Of a stretch of DNA of 64,000 nucleotides, positions 22,631-32,005 are shown piece after piece. Location: the NCBI GenBank assembly GCA_965250285.1, contig OZ252299.1, forward strand, positions 4,832,001-4,896,000, given 5' to 3'. This DNA is from Myxococcota bacterium (GTDB taxonomy: Bacteria; Myxococcota_A; UBA9160; UBA4427). The first letter of the stretch is position 1. Each line of letters starts with the position of its first letter. The position numbers and the translations under genes were made by a program. The notes beneath the pieces were generated by a model, which worked only from the letters and a program-made list of their open reading frames with translations, had not been told where the DNA came from and did not search any database.

Positions 22631-24102
22631 ATGTCGAAACGCCAAGAGGCCACTCGCCTCTGCTCGATCTTCCTCACGCTCTTCGCGCTGCTCGCCGGCG
22701 GCACGCCCGCGCTGGCGGCGCCCCCGGCGGCGCCCCCCGTTCAGGATCCGTCGAGCGTCGAGGAGATTCGCGCCGCGCTCTTCGGTGGCGTACCGGGCGA
22801 TCGCTGGAAGGAGGGGCTGCTCTTCGAAGGGATCCGACCCTCGCCCTGGATGCAGAGCGCAGCGAACTGGTTCCCACGTACCGAGGAAGTTCAGCCGAAC
22901 GAGATGCGGATCATCTTCATGGGCACGTCGCCGACGATCCGACCCGGACAGATGAACACGTCGATCTTCGTGCAGCTCGGCAACGGCCGAAACTTCGTGT
23001 TCGATCTGGGCGAGGGCTCGCCCGCGAACTACGTCGCTGCCGGCATCGCGCTGAACGAGATCAAGGACGTCTTCATCACGCACCTGCACGTCGATCACTT
23101 CGGCGGTCTGCCCTACGTCTGGATGTTCGGCACCTGGGCCGGAGGCTGGCACAATGCGCTCACTGTGCACGGACCGAGCGGTCGAACACCCGAGTACGGC
23201 ACGGCCAAGATGGTCGAGGGTATGAAGATGATGCTCGGCTGGCACATCGATGCGTTCAGCGTCTTCCCCGTCGGCAAGGGCTGGGACATCGAGGTCAACG
23301 AGTTCGACTTTCGCGACAACGGGGGTGTGGTCTACGAGGAAGACGGCGTGAGGGTCACGCACTGGCAGCGCTCACACGCCAAGGACGGCGCGAGCGCGTA
23401 TCGCCTCGACGGAACGACCTCTGCTTCGTGTGGACGGGCGACGGTCGGCCGAGCAAGCTCGACGAGAAGTACGCCAAGGGCTGCGACGTGTACGTCACTG
23501 AGATGCAGCCCGAGCTGGTCGAGATCAGCGCGGGCGTCCAGGGCGTGCCGCCCTTCCTCGCCCGGTACACGATCGATACCCACCACACGCCGGGCTACGC
23601 GGCCGGCTACCTGGCCAGCCGGGTGAAGCCCCGGCTGCTGATGACGACGCACATGCCTTTCGACCCCTACCTCAACGAAGAGGCGGTCGCCGAGGTGCGC
23701 CATCACTGGCAGGGCCCCTACCACTTCGGCGCCCCCGACGGCATCGTCGTGAACGTCACGAAGGACCAGATCTGGGTGCGCGAGGGGATCCTCCCCACTC
23801 ACCCGAACAACCGCGCACCTCAGTTCGACTTCGCAAACGGTCAGCTCGTCGTGCCGCATCCCCCACATGCCCGCGAGGACATTCAGGAGCCGTTCGTGCG
23901 CGAGCAGGAGATTCCGACGAAGAAGTACTACCCGAAGGGCTTCCACCCCGAGCTGTTGCAGACCTGGCCGGTCGAGGGCGACCTCGTCGTGCCCATGGAT
24001 CAACTCCCCGAGAACCTGAAGGAGAGCATGGGCCAGGAGTGGCGGCTGCGTGAGCGAAACGCGGGCGGCAACGCTGCGGCCGGCGACGACACCGACGGGT
24101 GA
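22631..24102 (+). pseudogene. MBL-fold (RNase Z/AtsA-like, GntH-like) hydrolase split by a 1-nt deletion near 23410
   Basis: Frame 1 has a signal peptide, THLHVDH and RSHAKDGASAYRLD. The continuation NDLCFVWTGDGRP..THHTP..MTTH is in another frame. Inserting T in GAC^GGAAC restores YRLD-W-NDLCF. Confidence 0.85.
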
Positions 24103-24179
24103 ACCGGCCGCTGGCGCGTCGACGACGAGGCTGAGAGAATCGGGGCAGCGTCGGCGCGCGTGCGCCTCGGGAGGTCGCC

Positions 24180-24668
24180 ATGCAGATCGTGCGGTACGTC
24201 GGTTCGGGCCTCGTCGCCCTGATCGGGCTCGGCATCATCGTCTACTTCGGAGCGCGCTGCGGCGATGGGCCGATGGGGCTCATACCGGGCGGGCCGCTCT
24301 CGTCGGGCGCCTGGGTCGATGCGCGCGTCGAAGACTGGAGCTTCGTGAAGGACGTCGAAGAGATCGAGTTCCAGCTCGAGCAGGACGACATCTCGCGCAC
24401 CGTCTGGATCCTCTACGCCGATGGCCGGGCCTTCATTCCGGCCAGCCTCTCCTTTCCACCCGGCAAAGACTGGTATCACCGCGCGCAAGAGGACGGTCGC
24501 TCGGTGCTGCGCATCGAAGGCCAGCGCTACCCGGTGACCCTGCGTCGGGTGGACGATGACGCGACGAAGCAGGCGGTCGTTGCGGCGGTCGCCGACAAGT
24601 ACGCCCCTCCGCCCGGCGGCGGTGACGGCAACGTGATGTTCTTCGAGGTGAGCTCGCGCGAGCGATGA
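24180..24668 (+). CDS. Membrane-anchored split-barrel-like protein (DUF2255-like)
   Basis: TM helix, GPMGLIPGGPL, DWSFV, LRIEGQRYPV and KY. Similar to 29445-29855. Confidence 0.7.
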   Translation: MQIVRYVGSGLVALIGLGIIVYFGARCGDGPMGLIPGGPLSSGAWVDARVEDWSFVKDVEEIEFQLEQDDISRTVWILYADGRAFIPASLSFPPGKDWYHRAQEDGRSVLRIEGQRYPVTLRRVDDDATKQAVVAAVADKYAPPPGGGDGNVMFFEVSSRER

Positions 24669-25075
24669 GCTGGCCGCGCGTGGTCGTGCTCCTCTCGGCG
24701 CTACCCTTTGCTGGCATCGGCTTTGCGTTCGTGCTCGCGCCCGTCCAGATGGCGGCGCTCGTCGGACTCGATGCCACCAGCGTCACCGCCGACAACGACC
24801 TGCGCGGCGTGTACGGTGGCCTGTCCCTCGGCTGCGCGGCGCTGCTCGCGTGGTGCGGCGCCCGGGCCACGCGCGTCGAGTTCGGGGTGCGCGCGCAGCT
24901 CTTTCTGTACGGCGGGCTCGCAGCGGGTCGCATCGTCAGCCTCGTCGTCGCCGGCCTGCCCGACGCCCTCGGCCTCGCGCTGCACGCGGGCGAGCTCGTC
25001 GGCGTAGCCTGTGGCGTGAGCGCATGGCGCACGCTGCAGCCGTCGGGGCACGCGCCCGAAGCGGGGAGGCTCTGA
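24665..25075 (+). CDS. DUF4345-like membrane protein
   Basis: Four hydrophobic segments, NDLRGVYGG and GRIVSLVVAGLP. Confidence 0.75.
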   Translation: MSWPRVVVLLSALPFAGIGFAFVLAPVQMAALVGLDATSVTADNDLRGVYGGLSLGCAALLAWCGARATRVEFGVRAQLFLYGGLAAGRIVSLVVAGLPDALGLALHAGELVGVACGVSAWRTLQPSGHAPEAGRL

Positions 25076-25077
25076 GC

Positions 25078-25593
25078 GTGACGACCGCCTCGATTCGCAG
25101 GCTCGAGCCCGACGATGCCGAGCCGTTTCGCGCGCTGCGGCTCGCCGGGCTCGAGGACAGCCCGGCGGCATTCGGCTCGTCGCCCGACGTCGAGAGCGAG
25201 CACGACCTCGAGCTCATCCGCTCACGCCTTCACCACGGTCGCGACGACGCGACGTTCGGCGCCTTCGTCGAAGGACGGCTCGTCGGCGTACTCGGCCTGC
25301 AGCGCCCGACTCATCCAAAGGGCCGCCATCGCGGCCACGTCTGGGGCATGTACGTGGCCCGCGAGCACCGGCGCGACGGCGTCGGGAGTGCACTCGTCGC
25401 AGCGCTGATCGAGTACGCGCGGGCCCTCGAGGGCCTCGTGTGGCTCGACCTCGGGGTCGGGGTCGACAACCTCGCGGCGCGCTCGCTCTACGAAGGCTTC
25501 GGCTTCGAGGCGTGGGGCACCGAACGCGACGCCCTGCGCGTGGACGGTGCCGCCGTCGACGAAGCGCACATGTCGCTGGAGATCGCACCGTGA
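25078..25593 (+). CDS. GNAT N-acetyltransferase
   Basis: FRALRLAGL.DSPAAF, WGMYV..EHRRDGVG and N.AARSLYEGFGF. Confidence 0.88.
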   Translation: MTTASIRRLEPDDAEPFRALRLAGLEDSPAAFGSSPDVESEHDLELIRSRLHHGRDDATFGAFVEGRLVGVLGLQRPTHPKGRHRGHVWGMYVAREHRRDGVGSALVAALIEYARALEGLVWLDLGVGVDNLAARSLYEGFGFEAWGTERDALRVDGAAVDEAHMSLEIAP

Positions 25594-26828
25594 GTGACGT
25601 CACCCCCGCCAGCCTCGGGGACCGCATCGGCTTCGCTGCCCAGCTCGTGCTCCTGCCGGTGTTCTCGCTCTATGTGGTGCTCTGCATGCGTCTGCACGAC
25701 GGCGCGCTCATGTGGCCCGGCACCTCGTTCTGGAGCGATCTGCGCGGGCCCACCCCCGCGACCCTCGGCTTCTATGCTGCCTGGATCGCGCTGCAGCTCG
25801 CCCTGGCCGCGTTCATGCCAGGGCCCCGTGTCAACGGCCCACCCCTGCTCGGCGGTGGCCACAACACCTATCGTCGCAACGGGCTGGTGGCGCTGTTCGC
25901 GACGTACGCGATCGCAGCGGGCGTCGTCGCGACGGGGGCGCTGCCGGCCAGCTTCCTCTACGACGAACTCGTTCCGCTCGCGGTCACGATCAATTTCGGC
26001 GCTTTCGCGCTCTCGACCTACATCTGGTGGACCGGGCGCCGGCAAGCGACCGCCGCAGAGCGAGGGCGAGGGTTCCTCGAGGCGTTCTATCTCGGCGCCA
26101 CGCTCAACCCGCGTACGGGCTCGATCGACTGGAAGTACTGGATGCAGGGCAAGCCCGGGCTCACGCTCTGGGGGCTGCTCGCTCTTTCTTGCGCCGCCGC
26201 GCAAGCCGAACGCCACGGTCAGGTGACCAACTCGATGATGCTCGTCTGCGCTGGCGTCACCGCCTATCTCGTCGACTACTTCTGGCACGAGGAGCACATC
26301 CTCTCGGCCTGGGACGTGAAGCACGAGCCCATGGGCTGGATGCTCACGTGGGGCTCGTGCGCCATGGTGCCGCTGGTCTACTCGGCGCCGCTCCCGTATC
26401 TGGTGGTCGAACCCGTGACCCTCGCTTGGCCGGCATTCGCCGCCATTGCAGTTCTCGGCGGCGGAGGGCTGTTCGTCTTCAGGCAAGCCAATACCCAGAA
26501 GCACGACTTTCGCCGCGACCCGACGACGCGCATCTGGGGTCGGCCGGCCGAGTTCGTCGAGACGGCCACGGGCACGAAGCTGCTCTGCTCGGGCTGGTGG
26601 GGGCTCGCCCGGCACTGCAACTACCTCGGCGACTGGCTGATGGCGCTCGCCTGGTCGCTCGCGACCGGCCTCTCGACGGTGCTCGTCTACATCTATCCGA
26701 TCTTCTTCGCCGGTCTGCTGCTGCACCGGGAGCGCCGCGACAACGCCCACTGCGCGCGCAAGTACGGCGCCGACTGGGAGCGCTACGTCGCGCGCGTCCC
26801 GAAGCGCATCGTGCCGTTCCTCTACTAG
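25590..26828 (+). CDS. ERG4/ERG24-family sterol reductase (Delta14/Delta7 reductase-like)
   Basis: Multi-TM; FYLGATLNPR.G..DWK, ANTQKHDFR, LLCSGWWGLARHCNYLGD and HRERRD..C.RKYG.DW..Y...VP.RIVP.LY. Confidence 0.92.
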   Translation: MSDVTPASLGDRIGFAAQLVLLPVFSLYVVLCMRLHDGALMWPGTSFWSDLRGPTPATLGFYAAWIALQLALAAFMPGPRVNGPPLLGGGHNTYRRNGLVALFATYAIAAGVVATGALPASFLYDELVPLAVTINFGAFALSTYIWWTGRRQATAAERGRGFLEAFYLGATLNPRTGSIDWKYWMQGKPGLTLWGLLALSCAAAQAERHGQVTNSMMLVCAGVTAYLVDYFWHEEHILSAWDVKHEPMGWMLTWGSCAMVPLVYSAPLPYLVVEPVTLAWPAFAAIAVLGGGGLFVFRQANTQKHDFRRDPTTRIWGRPAEFVETATGTKLLCSGWWGLARHCNYLGDWLMALAWSLATGLSTVLVYIYPIFFAGLLLHRERRDNAHCARKYGADWERYVARVPKRIVPFLY

Positions 26829-26848
26829 CGACGAGAGCGAGGGGCCCG

Positions 26849-27310
26849 ATGTCCAGTGCACCGATCCAGGGTCATTGTCTGTGCGAGGGCGTGCAGTTCG
26901 AGGTGCAGCGCATCCTCGGCCCCCTCGAGCTGTGTCACTGCACGCGCTGCCGGCGCGTCTCGGGTTCGGCGTTCGTCGCCGGTTTGATGGTGGCCCGCGA
27001 GGGCTACCGGATGACCGCCGGGTCTGACCTCGTGCGGCGCTACGCGCTGCCCGTGCGCGAGGCGCCGCCGGCCTATACGACCTTCTTCTGCAGCCGCTGT
27101 GGATCGCCCGTGCCCGATCCGGAGCCCCTCGGTGAGGCGTTCGAGGTGCCGGCGGGCCTGCTGTGCAGCGATCCCGGCCTGAAGGCCGAACGCCACATCT
27201 TCATCGAGCATCAGGCCCCGTGGTTCGAGACCGAGGCCGAGCTCCCGAAGCTCGATCGCGCCGGGGTGATCCACCTTCGCTTCGGTGCTCGACCGTCTCG
27301 AAGTGATTGA
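26849..27310 (+). CDS. GFA (CENP-V) family Zn-binding protein
   Basis: GHCLCEGV, CHCTRCRR.SG and FCSRCGS. Confidence 0.9.
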   Translation: MSSAPIQGHCLCEGVQFEVQRILGPLELCHCTRCRRVSGSAFVAGLMVAREGYRMTAGSDLVRRYALPVREAPPAYTTFFCSRCGSPVPDPEPLGEAFEVPAGLLCSDPGLKAERHIFIEHQAPWFETEAELPKLDRAGVIHLRFGARPSRSD

Positions 27311-27367
27311 ATCCCGGCCACCGAGCGCCGAGAATCGCAGGTCGACGCGCGCGACGGAGGTGTCTCG

Positions 27368-28453
27368 ATGCAGCGGATTCACTTTGCCTGGCTTCTCTCG
27401 ATCCTCGCGCTCGGCTGCGGCGAGGTCGCACCCGAGATCACCAGCTGCGAGCCGGCGGCGGGCATCGAGCCGCACTGCGGCTTTCAGAACCCCGAGGATC
27501 TGGCGCTGACCGCCGACGGGGTGACCGTGCTCGCGAGTCAGTTCGGATCGATGGATGGTGCGAAGAAGGGGAACCTCGCCGTCTTCGATGTTCGGACACC
27601 GGTACCGCGCATCGTCTTTCGAGCCGAACAGGCCGAGGCACCCGAGACGCCGTGGGGCGATCCCGCGTGTCCGGGTCCGCCGAACGATTCGTTCGCACCC
27701 CACGGCATCGACCTCGCCCAGCGGCCCGACGGCCGCTGGCAGCTCCTCGTCGTCAATCATGGCGGGCGCGAGGCGATCGAGTTCTTCGAGGTGAGCGGCG
27801 CGGGTGAAGAGCCGCGCGTCGAGTGGCGTGGCTGCGCCGTCACGCCCGAGGGCAGCTACGTCAACGACGTGGTCCACACGCCAGAGGGCGGCTTTCTCAC
27901 GACGCACATGATGGATCGGAACAGCCAGACGCTCGAGATGCTGAAGGGCGGTGTGCTGGGCATCGATACGGGATGGGTGCTCGAGTGGAACCCGCCCGAT
28001 CGCTGGCAGCGCATCGCCGGCACCGATGCCCCGATGCCGAATGGCATCGAGCTGTCGAAGGACGGGCGCTTCATCTATCTCAACGCGTACTTCGCCGGCG
28101 AGGTCCGCAAGATCGATCGCCAGACCGGAGAGGTGGTGGCCGTCGCCGAAGGCATTCCCGGGCCCGACAACACGACCTGGTCGAGCGATGGCACCCGGCT
28201 CTTCGTCGCGTCGCAGCCAGCGACGATCCGCGAGGCCACCGCGTGTCTCGAGGTCGGTGCAGGCACGTGCAGCATGCCCTATCGCATCGTCGCGCTCGAT
28301 CCCGACGACCTCTCGGCCACGGTCGTCGTCGAGCAGGGCGAAGGGCCCATGGGGGCGGCGACGGTTGCCCTCCAGGTGGGCGATGATCTCTGGCTCGGTA
28401 CGTTCGCGGGCAACCGCGTTGCGCGCGTTGCGGATGCAGCCGAGTCGCAGTGA
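27368..28453 (+). CDS. Paraoxonase/arylesterase-like six-bladed lactonase, probable lipoprotein
   Basis: Lipobox ALGC, NPEDL, FAPHGID, VVNHGGREAIEFF, NDVV, PNGI and PDN. Confidence 0.8.
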   Translation: MQRIHFAWLLSILALGCGEVAPEITSCEPAAGIEPHCGFQNPEDLALTADGVTVLASQFGSMDGAKKGNLAVFDVRTPVPRIVFRAEQAEAPETPWGDPACPGPPNDSFAPHGIDLAQRPDGRWQLLVVNHGGREAIEFFEVSGAGEEPRVEWRGCAVTPEGSYVNDVVHTPEGGFLTTHMMDRNSQTLEMLKGGVLGIDTGWVLEWNPPDRWQRIAGTDAPMPNGIELSKDGRFIYLNAYFAGEVRKIDRQTGEVVAVAEGIPGPDNTTWSSDGTRLFVASQPATIREATACLEVGAGTCSMPYRIVALDPDDLSATVVVEQGEGPMGAATVALQVGDDLWLGTFAGNRVARVADAAESQ

Positions 28454-28539
28454 ATCGGCGCCGCGCGGGCCGACCGTACGCCCCGGACCGACACATCTGC
28501 GTTACGCTGCGCTCGACCCCTCGTCGAAGGGAGCCCCCC

Positions 28540-28908
28540 ATGCCCCACATCACCTATGTGAACGTGTTCGTGCGCGATCTCGCTCGCGCATGCGACTTCT
28601 ACGAGAAGACGCTCGGCCTCGAGGCGCGCCAGAAGGACGTCGAGCACGGCTATGCGTCATTCGCAGCCGGGCCGATCCACATGGGCCTCGCCCAGGTCGG
28701 CGGTGATCAGGCCGAGCTCGCTGGTCGACACACCGGGATCGGCTTCGACGTCGAAGACCTCGAGGCCGAGCACGCACGACTCGTCGCCGCGGGCGTCGCG
28801 TTCCCGATGCCCCCCGAACGGCAGCCCTGGGGCGGCTTCATGGCGCTGATGGCCGATCCCGACGGCAACATCTTCTATCTCGATCAGACGTCGGCGGCGC
28901 ACGGCTAG
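28540..28908 (+). CDS. VOC/glyoxalase family protein
   Basis: FVRDLARACDFYEKTLG and QPWGG...ADPDGN. Confidence 0.88.
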   Translation: MPHITYVNVFVRDLARACDFYEKTLGLEARQKDVEHGYASFAAGPIHMGLAQVGGDQAELAGRHTGIGFDVEDLEAEHARLVAAGVAFPMPPERQPWGGFMALMADPDGNIFYLDQTSAAHG

Positions 28909-28911
28909 GTC

Positions 28912-29448
28912 GTGCCGAGCCGCGTCGAGATTCGGCCGGCCGAGGCCGGCGACGCGCCGGTGCTCGAAGCCATGCTCTTCGAGGCGTTCTTCTGGCGCCC
29001 CGAGCAGGCGCGACCGGCGCTCGCCGACTTTCGCGACGACGCCGAGTTCGTGAAGTGGATGCGGGGGTTCGGTCGGCGCGCCGGCGACGGCGGTGTCGTG
29101 GCCGAGCGCGACGGCGCGCCGATCGGCGCCGCCTTCTACCGGCGCTTCACCGAGACGGAGCACTCGTATGGGTTCGTCGATGTCGACACCCCCGAGCTCG
29201 CGCTCGGTGTCGCGTCCGCGGCGCGGCGCGGCGGCGTCGGTCGCACGCTCATGCAGGCTCTGATCGAACAGGCGCGCAGCGAAGGGGTCGAGGCCCTCAG
29301 CTTGAGCGTCGAGATCGACAACCCCGCTCGGGCGCTGTATCGGGCGCTCGGCTTCGAACGCATCGGCGCCGTCGAGAACGCGTGGACGATGCGGCTGCGG
29401 CTCATCGAACGGGTCTCGGCCACCAGCGCTCAGGAGGCGAACGCATGA
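28912..29448 (+). CDS. GNAT N-acetyltransferase
   Basis: YGFVD.DTPELALGV, RRGGVG and LSLSVEIDNPARALY. Confidence 0.88.
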   Translation: MPSRVEIRPAEAGDAPVLEAMLFEAFFWRPEQARPALADFRDDAEFVKWMRGFGRRAGDGGVVAERDGAPIGAAFYRRFTETEHSYGFVDVDTPELALGVASAARRGGVGRTLMQALIEQARSEGVEALSLSVEIDNPARALYRALGFERIGAVENAWTMRLRLIERVSATSAQEANA

Positions 29449-29855
29449 TGAAGAGACTGGTCCTGTTGCTGGTACTGGGGACGTTCACCGTGGTCGGCTG
29501 CGGTGGACCGTTCTGGATGTTGCCGGGCGGCCGACTCAAGGGAGAGGTCGCCACCGAGCCCGTCACCGACTGGTCGTTCGTCGACGACCGCTTCGTCGAC
29601 CTCGAGGTGCGCCCGCAAGATCCCTATTCGGTCGAGCTCAACTACTTCGTCCGCGACGGGCAGCTCTACGTCGACCCGGCCGAGGGGCGGCGCTGGCTCG
29701 ACTTTCTGCGCGAGGACCCGAACGCGCGCGTCCGCTTCGGCCAGACGGTCTACCCCGTCACGGCCGTGCTGGTGGCGAGACCGGGCGAGCCCAGCGGTCT
29801 CGAAGACATGGACCCCGGTCGATTCATCTACCGCCTCGACTCGCGCACGCAATGA
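29445..29855 (+). CDS. Small lipoprotein, paralog of 24180-24668
   Basis: Lipobox VVGC, GPFWMLPGGRL.G, DWSFV and VRFGQTVYPV. Confidence 0.7.
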   Translation: MMKRLVLLLVLGTFTVVGCGGPFWMLPGGRLKGEVATEPVTDWSFVDDRFVDLEVRPQDPYSVELNYFVRDGQLYVDPAEGRRWLDFLREDPNARVRFGQTVYPVTAVLVARPGEPSGLEDMDPGRFIYRLDSRTQ

Positions 29856-29933
29856 CACACTCGCGCAGGCCCGCTTCACCTATCCTGTAGACCCGCCCGG
29901 GGACCGGGCGCGTGCGAAGGGGAGCCCGCCGCC

Positions 29934-31088
29934 GTGTCACGACTCGCCCTGACCGGCGGTGTTCTGGTCGATCCCGAGGCCGAGCACGCCGGCGAAGCCA
30001 CGCTCCTCGTCGAAGCCGGGCGCATCATCGATCGCGTGGGCGCGCAGGATCCGGTCGGCAGCGACTGGCGACGCGTCGACATGAGCGAACGGTTCGTCAC
30101 GCCCGGCTTCATCGACCTGCACTTCCATGGCGAGCTGGCGCACGCGCCCGTGGAGGGGTTCGGCGCCGCACTCGCGCGCAGCGCCGCGCACATGCTGGCG
30201 GGCGGCACCACTACCTTTCTCGCAACGACGATGGCCTGGCCCCACGACGAGCTCGCCGAGGCGCTGCCGGCTCTCTGCGCGGCCGCGTCGGCGCCGGCCC
30301 CCGGCGGCGCCCGCTGCGTCGGGCTTCATCTCGAGGGGCCGTGGATCTCGGGCGCAGCGCCGGGTGCGATGCAGGCCGAGTGCATGCGGCCATTCGATCG
30401 AAAACGCGACGGCGACCTGCTCGACCGCGCCGGCGACGCTCTCTCGATGGTGACGCTCGCCCCCGAGATCGAGGGCGCCGATGACCTGCTCGACGAGCTC
30501 GGGCGTCGCGGCGTGCTCGCCGCCCTCGGCCACAGCCAGGCCTCCCCGGCCTGCATCGATGCCGCCATCGACCGCGGCCTGCGACACGTGACTCATCTGT
30601 TCAACGCCATGGGGCCGGTCCACCATCGCGCGCCGGGCGTCGCGGGCACGGCCCTCACGCGCGATGCGCTGCACTGCGATCTGATCTGCGATGGCGCTCA
30701 TGTCCACCCCGACATGGTGCGCGTCGCAGCGCGCGCGCTGGGCGAGCGCCTCGTGTTGATCAGCGACCGCGTCGACCTCGCGACGCCGCCCCACGACGAG
30801 CCCGCCGACGTCGAACCGAATCGTCTGGCCGATGGCACGCTGCTCGGGAGCCGACTGCACCTCTCTCAGGCCATCGCGAATCTGCGCGCCTTCGCACAGA
30901 CGTCCCTGCACGACGCCGTCGCGGCGTGCACGTTGCGCCCCTCCCAGCTGCTCGGGCTCGAGCACGAATGCGGCACCTTTCGGCGCGGCGCCCGCGCCGA
31001 CCTCGCCGTGCTCGACGCCAAGGGCGCGCTCGTAGAGACCTGGCTCGAAGGTGCGCCGGTTGATCGGCCCGATCCCGAACCGACGTAG
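29934..31088 (+). CDS. nagA: N-acetylglucosamine-6-phosphate deacetylase-like amidohydrolase
   Basis: PGFIDLHFHG, GLHLEGPWI, TLAPE, GHS, THLFNAM, DGAHVHP and GARADL. Confidence 0.85.
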   Translation: MSRLALTGGVLVDPEAEHAGEATLLVEAGRIIDRVGAQDPVGSDWRRVDMSERFVTPGFIDLHFHGELAHAPVEGFGAALARSAAHMLAGGTTTFLATTMAWPHDELAEALPALCAAASAPAPGGARCVGLHLEGPWISGAAPGAMQAECMRPFDRKRDGDLLDRAGDALSMVTLAPEIEGADDLLDELGRRGVLAALGHSQASPACIDAAIDRGLRHVTHLFNAMGPVHHRAPGVAGTALTRDALHCDLICDGAHVHPDMVRVAARALGERLVLISDRVDLATPPHDEPADVEPNRLADGTLLGSRLHLSQAIANLRAFAQTSLHDAVAACTLRPSQLLGLEHECGTFRRGARADLAVLDAKGALVETWLEGAPVDRPDPEPT

Positions 31089-31146
31089 ACGCGGCGGCAT
31101 CCCTTCCATCGCACTTCGCTCGCCCGACGCTGAACGGAACACCCCG

Positions 31147-31962
31147 ATGCCCTTCCCGCCCGCCCACATCGTCGCCGCCGCTCCGCTGGCGAGACCCATG
31201 GGCCGGCTCGGCGTCGTGTCCGCGCTGTCGATCGGCGCGATGACGCCCGATCTCGCGTACTTCTTGCCGCTCGAGATACCGCGCTGGGAGAGCCACTCGA
31301 TGCCGGGTCTCTTCTGGTTCTGCCTGCCCGCCGGCCTCGCCACGTGGGCCCTCTTCGTCACGTGCGTCGCGCCCCTCGTGCATGACGTCGCGCCCCAGGC
31401 GCTGCGGGCCCGCCTGCCCAGCGCCTGGCGCGCCGGCGCGTGGCCGACGAAACAGTTCGGAGCAGCGGCGCTCTGCGTCTTGATCGGCGCGGCCACCCAT
31501 CTGGCGTGGGATTCGTTCACGCATCTCGGCACGCCCGTCACACTCAACACGCCCGTGCTCACCCAGCTGATCGGCACATTCGGCGGCTACCGCGTGCGCG
31601 GCGTGACCGTCCTGCAGCATACGAGCACCCTCTTCGGGTTCACGGTGCTCGCGATCTGGGGACGAAGCTGGTGGCGACGCACCCAGCCCGTGCCCGTGCC
31701 GCCGCCCCCGACGCTTGGGGTGCGCCTCGTGTTGATCGTGCTGGCGCTCGGTCCCGCACTCTGGCTCGGCGGTGACGCGGCGATCACACGTTTCGGCTGG
31801 CCGCACGAGCCCATGCTCAAGCTCAGGCAGGCGGCCACCGGGATCGTGATGACCGGCGGGACGATCTTGATGTGGAGCCTCGTGGGCGTGTCGATCGCGT
31901 GGCGCGTCCTGCGCACCCTGCCCTCGCTGCAGGGCGAGCACGAGCGACTCGAACCGAGCTGA
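31147..31962 (+). CDS. DUF4184 family membrane protein
   Basis: MPFPPAH, IGAMTPDL.YF, THLAWDSFTH and LQHTSTLFG. Confidence 0.85.
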   Translation: MPFPPAHIVAAAPLARPMGRLGVVSALSIGAMTPDLAYFLPLEIPRWESHSMPGLFWFCLPAGLATWALFVTCVAPLVHDVAPQALRARLPSAWRAGAWPTKQFGAAALCVLIGAATHLAWDSFTHLGTPVTLNTPVLTQLIGTFGGYRVRGVTVLQHTSTLFGFTVLAIWGRSWWRRTQPVPVPPPPTLGVRLVLIVLALGPALWLGGDAAITRFGWPHEPMLKLRQAATGIVMTGGTILMWSLVGVSIAWRVLRTLPSLQGEHERLEPS

Positions 31963-31995
31963 ACGACGAGCACGAGCGACTCGAACCGAGCTGAA
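31935..31995. repeat. Perfect 29-bp direct repeat (period 32) duplicating the DUF4184 gene 3' end and stop
   Basis: CGAGCACGAGCGACTCGAACCGAGCTGAA at 31935-31963 and 31967-31995. Confidence 0.95.
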
Positions 31996-32005
31996 GGGGG
32001 GCGTA

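Noticed and set aside
23400..23420. Programmed ribosomal frameshift
   Set aside because: No slippery heptamer or homopolymer, and restoring the expected Trp needs a missing base.
22631..24102. Guanitoxin biosynthesis
   Set aside because: Resemblance to a GntH-like family alone is insufficient; I recognised no other pathway genes.
24060..24135. Weak possible echo after the MBL gene (also near 29839-29867 and 36126-36193)
   Set aside because: Similarity is too short or gapped to exceed chance at this GC content.
19715..31995. 25-bp and 29-bp direct repeats as mini-CRISPR arrays
   Set aside because: Only two copies each, spacers of 12 and 3 nt, unrelated sequences that overlap genes, and no cas genes.
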